DNA of 20,000 bases from the NCBI RefSeq assembly GCF_000743755.1, contig NW_014569523.1, positions 51,147 through 71,146 of the forward strand, in the 5' to 3' direction. The stretch comes from Blastocystis sp. subtype 4 (Eukaryota). The position numbers were made by a program, and so were the translations under genes. Of this stretch, positions 1 to 9,163 are shown piece by piece (positions within the stretch are counted from its first letter, which is position 1; each line of letters opens with the position of its first letter). The notes beneath the pieces are model-generated. The model was not told where the DNA came from. It made no database searches and saw only the letters and a program-made list of their open reading frames with translations.

Positions 1-795
1 ATAATCCCGATCTCTAGATCGGCTTCGAGTACGATGAGAGTGTCTAGAATCACTGGAAGAGTCATAAGGATCTATTGATTTGCTATGTGAGTCATTCTCG
101 TCCTTGGGAATGCTTTGAGTATCCTTTTTCAATGTACTTGTTTCAATCGAAGCACTAGCAAGAGCACTTCCATGACGATACTTCTTCTTCTTCCGACCAA
201 ATGCATCATATATGTCGTCATCATCCGAAGAATGCTCAACCCGATCAGTGGGATCTTGGCGTTCGTAGAAACCTCCACCTGCTCCCTTTCTTTCTCCTTG
301 ATCCACTTCCTTGGGAAGACCGCAGACATTACACACCTTGCGATTCTCCCAATTCACATTTCCACACTTCGTGCACTGCCAATCTCCGGCTTTGAAGAGA
401 GCTTTCCCTGATGCATCTACTCATCACATATCCCCTCCATTCTAACCTTTCTTACTTTTCTGATCTGAAACAACTACACCTGCAGGAGCAGAAGAATGAC
501 ACTTATTGCACTCTGATCGCCAACTCCAATTCACATTGTTACACTGAGGACACTTCCAGTTCCCATTACCTAATGAAGGTGCCTTTGAATCACTCTTCTT
601 CTCAGCAAACGGATCAATTCCACCCCCTCGGCCTCTGCCTATTCCTATCTGATGACAAAAATCTTAATATTTCATACCAATTGAACTGGATCCTACTTAT
701 AAACACGTAATCTAACTCGTACCCATTGAATCCGCAAATGGATCGATTCCTCCTCCTCGACCTCTTCCAGATGGCAAGGAAGTCCAATCACTCAT
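1..795 (-). CDS. ZRANB2: Zinc finger Ran-binding domain protein 2 (ZRANB2-like splicing factor); 3' end runs off the window
   Basis: ATG at 795; GT-AG introns 693-722, 645-677, 417-446. The spliced product has two RanBP2-type fingers (GNWKCPQCNNVNWSWRSECNKC; GDWQCTKCGNVNWENRKVCNVC). These are followed by ZRANB2-typical 'ERKGAGGGFYERQ...DIYDAFGRKKKKYR' and an RS-rich tail (RTRSRSRDRD). Confidence 0.9.
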
Positions 796-859
796 GATAT
801 ATATGATGAATCCACTCACCCTCTCTTTCATATATAGCAAGAAAGGACAAATAATACAA

Positions 860-941
860 GCAAGCGTGACCGAGTGGTCCAAGGTGCTACGTTCAGGTCG
901 TAGTGTGTTCGCACGCGTGGGTTCGAGTCCCACCGCTTGCA
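860..941 (+). tRNA. tRNA-Leu (anticodon CAG), intronless
   Basis: Acceptor stem GCAAGCG/CGCTTGC with discriminator A. D arm carries the A-box TGACCGAGTGG. Anticodon stem CTACG/CGTAG with loop TTCAGGT (CAG at 894-896). Long variable arm; T arm GTGGG-TTCGAGT-CCCAC. Confidence 0.97.
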
Positions 942-946
942 TTTTT
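942..946 (+). terminator. RNA polymerase III oligo-T terminator
   Basis: TTTTT immediately after the tRNA discriminator base. Confidence 0.85.
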
Positions 947-1013
947 CTTTTTCACTTATCTTATTTAAGGAGAAAGATTTATTGCTACAACTATAGCAAT
1001 TAAACAGAATACT

Positions 1014-4000
1014 ATGAAAAAGCTATCGGGACCTGTGTCTGTTGTCCCAACAACACTTGAATTCGAAGATGCCTATCATATGAATTCAAAGTATTGGAGC
1101 GATGACCGTAATGCGATTCTCCTAGTATTAATCGCTTAGGGCATGATAACCCTGAATTGTGTACAAATAATCCTCTTTGTCTGTGAGTTTTGGAATGCTC
1201 AGACTCATTTCATAGAAATGGAATTCATTCTGAACTGATTCCCCAGACATTGAAGGAGATGCTAGTCTTGGATCCATTTTCTCCCCCTGTCCCTAGAATT
1301 CCAACATTTCCTTGTGGATTGAAGAATGTTGGAAAGACTTGTTATGCTAATGTTATCCTTCAGTGCTTGTATCATTTGTTACCTTTCAGGAAAGTTACGT
1401 ATTTCTGGGAAGAGTGGGTTAACGAATAGAATGAGTTTTGACTATGGAGAAGGAAAGACCATTATTAATTCGCTTCAAACTCTCTTTGCTTCAATGGCTC
1501 TATCTCCAAATGCTGTTTGTGATCCCTCACCAATCTTCTCAGTTCTTAACCTAAAGACAAATGAGATGGGTGATTGTTTCCAGTTTCTTACAACAGTTAT
1601 GGTCGCTTTCAAAGACTTTTTAAATCTCCTTGGAAAGGCTTCTCTCTTCTCCTCTTTAACCAATGTATTCACTGGTCTTCACAAGGTCTGTCGATGTTGT
1701 CTCCGATGCCATCGTGTCTTTTATTCCGAAGACACCTTTGATCATATTGAGTGCCAGATTCGGAATAATTGCCGATTGGAAGATACGTTAGCACAGGAGT
1801 TTCAACGGATCAATGATACTCAAGCTGATTTCCTATGTCCCTTGTAAGATAAGTGTCTCTGTTGCACATAGATGTAATCAACATTGTAATTCAGAACAAC
1901 TTAAGATAATCCAGCACATGCCAGAAATTCTCACGATTAAGGTCAAACGCCTTGCCAATGGTCTGCATCTCCAGATTCCTTCTACACTTGATTTTAGACA
2001 GTTTAGTAGTGTTGTAAGTGAGATTAAGAAACATTCATCATCAGGATGCAACCGTAGACTGTACTGAGTATGTTCTAACTTCAGTTGTGTACTATCATAA
2101 TAATCAAGGAAGTGGTCACTATACATGTCATATTCTAAATGACAATCAATGCTTTTCTATCAATGATGATACTGTTAGTCTTGTTGATAATCTGTATATT
2201 GATCGTATGAACTCTCTGTTCTTTCAATTCTAGCCTCTGTCAATCCTTGGCATCCTCAGTCTTCAATCCCAACTTCATTCTCGGTGTATCCAATTCAATC
2301 TTTCAATTTGGCTCGGCCATTACAAGAACAGAACATCAAACCAATCTCTCATATTGACCAACCACCTTCTAACTCCGAATCAGCTTCTTATCCGACTACT
2401 TTTCCTTCTACAGAAACATCCAGCAAGACAGCAAGTCCAGCAGCTCCTCTTGCTACCAATCTTACTTCTTCTAAGAGTGTTCACTATCTGGAGCCTAAGA
2501 ACGTGGCTGCTCTTGTTGAAGGTGTGGCTTCAGTATACTCTGGGCCAGAGATGCTGGATATTTCAGATGGAACAGATGACGATGTGATCAAACAGACCAA
2601 TATCGCATTTCTGGATCCTATGACTCCTCCTACTCAGCCTCCTGGAAAGGGAGATTACTATGAACGAATGCAAGCATCATTAGAAGAGGGTCCTTCTGGT
2701 GTGATGAAGACAAGCTGCTCTCCGAGTGTCTTAGCTTCGAAGAAGCAGGTCCGAATTCAATCTAGAAGAGGATCACGAGGAGGTAGACGAAGTTCTCGAG
2801 TGCGTCGAACAAACTCCATCTGTCTCAAAGAATCTGGGGATCAGTTACTCAATACAATCACTTTGTTACGACGGAAGAAGAAAGAAGGAGGAGGAGAACA
2901 GATTTCTTGTGAGCCAGTGAGTGTAACAAGGATTCGAAATGATTACAATACATTCTTAGAGCAATCTCTTAAAACAATGATTCTCCTACCATCAGAGAAG
3001 AAGCTTGGTCGTCGATCCAAGAATCTACCTCCTCCACCTCCTGATTCTTATCTGACTGAGAGTGAGAGCATGGAACTGGAGGCTATTCTCAATGAGAATA
3101 TGAAGAATATGGAACGAATTCGACATATGCTCCAGTTTATGAAACATTTGGAGGAAGAAGGACGTGTATTGTGTGCTGCTACACATTCTGGGATTGACGT
3201 AGAAATGAATGAAGATGATGATTCCAGTTTACCTGGAGGATGCAGTGATCATATTCAGTTGTTGGAAGGACCTGAGTTATTGACAGCTCAGTCCTTAGTA
3301 TTGTGGGTCATGCGTCTGTTGTTCACTCTTAGTTACGTACGGAAGGATTTGGCAAATTCTCTTGCGACTGATGCTAAGATCATGGGAGCCCGCTATTATT
3401 CTCGAATTCCCACGGGAATACTAGCTCAAATCCAGAAACAAGATTCTTCTCCTTGTGATAGTCTTATTATAGAGTTGATTGATCTCCGAAATACCCTTCA
3501 AAAACGTCATTCCTATCTTCAGGTTGATGTCTGTCATTTCACTAATTCCTAGTCTGTTGCCACATCATCCACAATGTCTAGATCGGTTCTTCTTCCATCT
3601 CGTGATCTCCAGGCATATGTACAAGGTGCTGATCTCATCGAGGGATTTATTAAGTCTCATTCTACTCTTGAACATCAGCTCTCGCATCCTACAACGTCAG
3701 AACGAGATGCTGCTGTGATTATAGCTGTGAAGTCGCTTCGGCGACTCACCCGTCTCTCGGAAGATCACGAGGAGAATGTGTGTCAACATGGTCGCATTGA
3801 TCCTTTGTGTATGAGTCAGGAGTGAGTTTCATTGTAGACTGTAGAAGCCATTTTAAGTATATTCCCGCTGAACTGATGGAACAGATTCAGAAAACGACTC
3901 CAGCTCTTGCTATGCATGTCGTAACTCCTGCAAATGCTTTCTGTTCCACTTGTATCACCGAGTACTAATTCCAGAAATCTGACCGATTTTAGGTATACAA

Positions 4001-5816
4001 CCTTTCTTCACCACGTTCAAGATCTGCTTCCTTCTCTCTTAGCTATCTCTCAGCATTTATTAGAGATTACACAACGAGGTATAAAACGTACTTATTATTG
4101 GAATCCCAAAACATAGCTGATATTGGTCATGGTTTCTTCGTTTCGAAATCATTTATCAAGGGTTTTTGCGGTGTTCTCCGAAACTGTCAAAAGCTGCTTT
4201 CTTCGTGTTGGACGTGAGTAATGAATGAAGAGACTCACTTCAAGAGCCACACACTCTCAACTTCATCAATGCGAACTCCAACAATTGAATCCAACTAAAG
4301 ATTTGCTTTGTGTACAATAACCGTGGGGAGTTGATTCTAGGAACATGGTCGATTACGAGTTGATCTTCGTACTGATGACAGTTATCAAGTTAGTGCCGAA
4401 CTTTGGAATTCCCTAAGTCGGTACTTTTCCTGCACTCGACCGTTATCAAAGTATGTGTTGAGAGTTCTCTTTAGGATAGTGCTGAAGGTCCCTGTGAAAT
4501 GTGTCTGGGTATTCAGGGTGTAAGTACGTCGAGGCCTCTTGGTTCTGGTTACTCTGGATCTTCCGCGGGAATCCGTGTGAAGCAAGAACCAGGATTATCT
4601 GCGGAGTCAATCGAGAGATTGGAGAAACGACGACGTGTTGTTCAACAGACTCTGTCATCCGATCTGGTCTCAGGTGATGGCTTTCTGGTCAGTTCCCGTG
4701 ATAATCCAATGGTTCCTGTTTTCAACCCTCTGGTGAGCAGTGGTGGTCTGACCATGTCCTCGTCAGCTGGCACTCTCTCACCAGGTACTTTCAGTGCTAC
4801 CTCACCATTTGCTTCATATTCTACTGAATTGTTCCCCGCGGGAGAACGTTTATTTACAATGATTCACGAAGATGTGTTGGATACAGATATGTACTATATT
4901 CGAGGGATCGATGCAAGACAACGATGTAATCGACTCCAACTGAATGATGCCATTCAAGGTATACGAAAGAGGAATAAATGGTATTCCTGAATTATAAGGT
5001 TTATTTGTAGTTATTCTTCTTACTACTTCAATCAGCGAATGGAGATTCTCTGTGGGTGTTATTTCCTGATTTCTGCTGGATGGATGCAAAGATGGAGACA
5101 ATGGCTCACACAGGACTCTTTAGACATTTCAGGAGCTCGTTGTAATGAAACTTATCAATCGTTGCTTTTCATTGAATTCCCGCGGTTGTGTGAACATCAG
5201 CGTGTAACAATTCCAATCTATATGCTTCATTTTTTCCAAGGTACTGTAACAATGCCATGGGATGTATGTATTTTGGAATGGTAATAATATGAAGGATTTG
5301 TGTATGAATCCAGAAGAGCGAGTAGAAATAGTGAACGAAGCAGAAATGGCTGTTTTAGCGAAGTATCATCGTATCAATACGCCTATGGCTGGTTTCTATA
5401 TCTCACTAAGCAAAGATGCCATCTTAATTGATTTTCTCCGTTTACCTTGTGTGACATGTCGTGAAGAACAAGAACAGAAATATATGGTGTATTTACGGAA
5501 TTGCAGTGTTCAACGGTTTTTGCTTTCGACAGCAGGAAAAGTCTTTCCAGACCGATTTGAGCGAAAGGTTATCATAAAACCCCGAGAACATCACTGTAGA
5601 AGAACATTCCTCTCATGATATGTAGTTATCTATACAACTCATTATTCTCCTGAAACACCTTTAAGAGTACTCAAAAATGATATCGCTGACAAGATCCAGA
5701 AACAACCAAATGAATTCTACTTAGCTATTCGTGAAAGGAAACTTGATGAAACGAAAACGTTATTGGAAAATAGTTACAATCCAGAGCACATCATTTACGC
5801 TGTTTTTGAACAGTGA
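1014..5816 (+). CDS. USP-family ubiquitin C-terminal hydrolase, USP48/UBP26-like (catalytic domain, DUSP-like repeats, C-terminal ubiquitin-like domain), multi-intron
   Basis: ATG 1014 and a chain of ~30-nt GT-AG introns (first 1108-1139) link the listed ORF pieces in frame. N-terminal 'CTNNPLCL' resembles the USP48/UBP26 CxxNPxC motif. Cys box GLKNVGKTCYAN; His box 'SGHYTCHI...FSINDDTV'. Three CxH...CxxC/DUSP-like units (e.g. YFLISAGWMQRWRQWL). The last exon 'SPETPLRVLKNDIADKIQ...LDETKTLLENSY' is UBL-like and ends in TGA 5814-5816. Confidence 0.85.
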
Positions 5817-5845
5817 TCCTCTCATTTTGAATTTTCCTTTTCTTG

Positions 5846-5853
5846 TGTTTGTT
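5846..5853 (+). terminator. GU-rich polyadenylation element TGTTTGTT of the USP gene
   Basis: Exact match to the described Blastocystis element, about 30 nt after the stop codon. Confidence 0.8.
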
Positions 5854-5861
5854 AACAAAGA
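5854..5861 (-). terminator. Variant polyadenylation element TCTTTGTT of PUS10
   Basis: One mismatch to TGTTTGTT; lies exactly 4 nt downstream of an in-frame T (5866). Confidence 0.6.
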
Positions 5862-5865
5862 ATAG

Positions 5866-7831
5866 AATGGATATTGACCCCTACAACCGCTTTTACATCC
5901 AACTGAAGGATATCACAATCGATATTCTACATTCATTACTTTTCTCATACTCTACCAAAATCTCTCCAACATTAGGACGTGTCCTTCCTAAATCTCCATG
6001 AACGAATTCCTTGATATAGGTACCTCCAGAAGCTTCAATTTCAAGAATAAAGTGATGAGGATTCACATACTCTGTCTTCATTTTCTAACAGTAATTCCAT
6101 TCTCCAGAACAAACGTATATCATTTTATCACGAGTCAACAGTGACCGACGATGTAATACCCGAACAGGAGTTTTCTGTTTGATTGCCAAGTCATGGTACT
6201 CTTCCAGTTTTTTAATGACTTCTGGAGTGATTGCAGTTTCTGTATAGACAACTGCCACGTATAATTTGTGTTTTCCTTCTGCTGCTCCTTTCATCTCCTC
6301 AAATCCTTCCTACAAACAATGCATACTGCAAATCCTTACAGGAGAACATTTTCGAAGATCCACAATCTGGATTTCTTTTGTTCTATCATTTATTGCATTT
6401 TGAAGTGACTAGTGATTCATATTAACTATGATTTCTCACTTTGAATTCTTCATTTGACAAATCACATTTTCGTGCGTTATCAAACTCCACAACAAATGGA
6501 CGTCCTTCAAATAACATTCTGACATCCACATCTTCACGACCGGCAGAATGAAACTTCATTCCATCAGATTGAATGAATTCTCCCAAAACACCCAGAATAT
6601 CTTCTTCAACAGATCCTTCTGTCTTGCGCTCTCCATCAACTATCCTACTGATCAATTCTTTCCTCAATTCACACCAAGGAGTCTGGCTTAGGCCTCGCTG
6701 AAGTTTCAAATAATTGCCTGTGAAATAGATTGGTTTGCGACAAAGATTTAGAGCGATCAACGGAGTATAAGAAGGAGACTGGGGAGGACATACAATGCTC
6801 TCAGGATACTGAGTATATGTCAGTTTCTGAAGGTGGTTTACCACATTTGGAGGTGTGTTTTGTTGTAATTTCACAATGACACGTTGCTTCTTACTATTGT
6901 TGAACCAGCCTGATTCTGCTAATCGCTTCCGTTCCAAGGCTAATAATAATCAGGTTTCGTTTCTATTACATCGTAGATTGTAGTTTCCTGCCTTATGCTC
7001 GGCTTCAATTGCTTGTTGATCTTGAATATCTTCATCATCAGGAACCATCCCAGGAATCTGTAAGAAATCACGATTTGTTTCCTATGATCAATTAGAGGAA
7101 TAGCATATACAAGATGAACAATTCCAAAACGAATCCGAACTAATGCATCCATATTAACACTACATATCACTGCTACTTTTCAATGAAACCTTGATCCTGG
7201 AATTAGTGACTGAATCACATTTTCAATTTGTGCTTTCAAGATGTCGCGGGCTGACCAAATACTGTATGCCACTTCCACATGGGCGTTGAAGTTCGAAATA
7301 AGATACTGAGAATGATAAGAATAGAATGATATTACGTTAATCATCGAGTAATGACGAACAGAATAGGACGTCAGATTTGATACTTCCACATAGAATTCCT
7401 TAACATCTTGCATACCACTTGCTTTGATTCCTTCTTCCATCCAAACATGTCGTGGATCTATCTTATCACAGTAGAAAGAATAACTTACCCCTTCCATTCA
7501 ACATAATTCCCATTTCTGCTAGTTTCTCCTCTATCAGATAACCCTTTACCCATCATCCATACCATAAATGGATTCTCGTAATATGTCGAAACATGTACAA
7601 CAAATGTACTTTGGAATCACGAGTTCGGAAGCCGAAACACCGACTTGTAGAGCAATGTACTCTACAGCCTCTTTTTCACTGCATACACTATTTTATCAAC
7701 TGATGACGATTATAGAAATACAATAACGTCTTGTCATCCACATTACAGTATCTCATGATACAAAACGGACAAAGATGAATATCAATTAATTTCTTGATAC
7801 CATCTAATCCTAGTTGTTGAAAAAGAGACAT
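5866..7831 (-). CDS. PUS10: tRNA pseudouridine synthase Pus10, multi-intron
   Basis: N-terminal Zn-site motifs LCPFCIMRY and CCTCFDIL; GNYLKLQRGLSQTPW; catalytic FHSAGREDVDVRML; QKTPVRVLHRR; GGTYIKEFVHGDLGRTRP; last exon DCDILQLDV. The end is 5866 if the stop is made by poly(A), otherwise genomic TAA 5852-5854. Confidence 0.95.
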
Positions 7832-7851
7832 CCAATATGGAATTGAGTAGC

Positions 7852-7859
7852 AACAAACA
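7852..7859 (-). terminator. Polyadenylation element TGTTTGTT of the GCK/Mia40-like gene
   Basis: AACAAACA on the + strand, 33 nt past TGA (7893-7895). Confidence 0.8.
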
Positions 7860-7892
7860 AATACATGTTCCATTGTCTCTCTAAATAACACA

Positions 7893-9109
7893 TCATTGCT
7901 CCTCTTCCAGTTCTACTTCTTCTGTCACTTCTTCCTCCAATTCAGAAATGGCTCCATAGTACTCTGGATGGGCTTCAACACATTCTTGCATAGCAAAAGT
8001 CAATTCTTCGCACTTCTCAACAAATGAATCATCATCTTTGTTCTTCTCATTATCCATTCTCTCCACTCCTACAGCCTTCACACACTCCTGCCACAGCGTA
8101 AATGCCTTACAGCAAGGACCACTCTTCATAAATACACACCATGAACATTCAGCTTCTTGCTTCGGTTCATTGCATCTACAAAACATCAAACTCATTTATT
8201 CTACATATCGTTCTTTCCATCCATCCCTCGACTAGTACAAAGACGTCCCTGAATCGATATCTTTTCATCTCGAAGATCATGAACAGAGATGTGACTTGGA
8301 GGATATGCATAATATTCGCCCACCTCAACGTTATTAGCATCTTCTTTTGGTATGTATTTGGATTCAGTTTCCTCTTCCAAGAGTCCAGCTTTCACTGCTC
8401 GGTCAATAAGAAGCCGACCATAAATCGAAGAGTACGATTGTTCCTCTTTCTCATTTTCACACGAAATGACAATATGAGGATACCGATAGATTGAAGGAAC
8501 TGCTCCGATATCTAAGAGCAACTACAGAAGAGAGAATTAGTATACCATACAACTTGAGCATGCTCGTCAGAAATCATGGTAACAACCTTCATATCAATAA
8601 CATCGCTCATCAAGGGACCATATTCATTCGAGTCCACTGGAAGTGGATTGGTAACTAAAATAACCTTTCGACGAGGTCTATATGATACGGAACCTATAAT
8701 CCTACACAACAGGATGGATTGGAGTAAAGAGTGAATCCAACTCTTTGGTATTGTCTTCATTGAGATATATTGAGACTTCTTTCACGCCTGTCCACCAAGG
8801 AAGATATTCATCCTCATTTGTAGATTCTGATACAGGTACCTCAGGTGGAAGTATATCAGCTGGATTCTGGGTCTCAACTACAGGAATCTCGTTGATTTTC
8901 CGACGTTTCCACCACATCCTTCCTCCCAGAATGGCTCCAGTTGTGACTGCAAGGAATCCACTGATTCCAATCGTCATCCTCTTTCGTACAGAAATGTCAT
9001 TTCTACAAGTTATGTATCTAAGTAGTGATTACACTAGAGCAAACTGTCTTCTAGGAATAACAGCCCTAGAAAGACATTTCCGTGGTAAGTGAGACACAGT
9101 CCGGAACAT
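7893..9109 (-). CDS. Putative mitochondrion-related-organelle protein: presequence + single TM + C-terminal GCK/CHCH (CxxC + twin CX9C) domain, Mia40-like
   Basis: ATG 9109; 29-40-nt GT-AG introns join ORFs 8702-8977, 8512-8760, 8201-8521 and 7893-8195 in frame. N-terminus MFRTVSHLPRKCLSRAVIPRRQFALV is Arg-rich with no acidic residues. Hydrophobic IGISGFLAVTTGAILGG is followed by WWKRRK. C-terminus ECSWCVFMKSGPC-x9-C...C-x9-CVEAHPEYY plus an acidic tail. Confidence 0.7.
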
Positions 9110-9131
9110 CTTCAGTAGATGAAGAAGATTA

Positions 9132-9139
9132 AACAAACA
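9132..9139 (-). terminator. Polyadenylation element TGTTTGTT of the coiled-coil gene
   Basis: AACAAACA on the + strand, 24 nt past the predicted TGA (9164-9166). Confidence 0.8.
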
Positions 9140-9163
9140 AGACAAAAGATTTCCACTTTATTT

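Noticed and set aside
115..710. Plus-strand ORFs 115-411, 201-395 and 411-710
   Set aside because: Antisense to ZRANB2 exons, with no recognisable motifs.
712..1003. ORFs 712-942 (-) and 794-1003 (+)
   Set aside because: They run through the tRNA gene; only the part from ATG 795 down to the splice donor at 722 is real (ZRANB2 exon 1).
1014..7831. Apparent frameshifts/pseudogenes or an alternative genetic code in the USP and PUS10 genes
   Set aside because: Every break examined is resolved by a ~30-nt GT-AG intron; many ORF-ending TAGs are simply splice acceptors.
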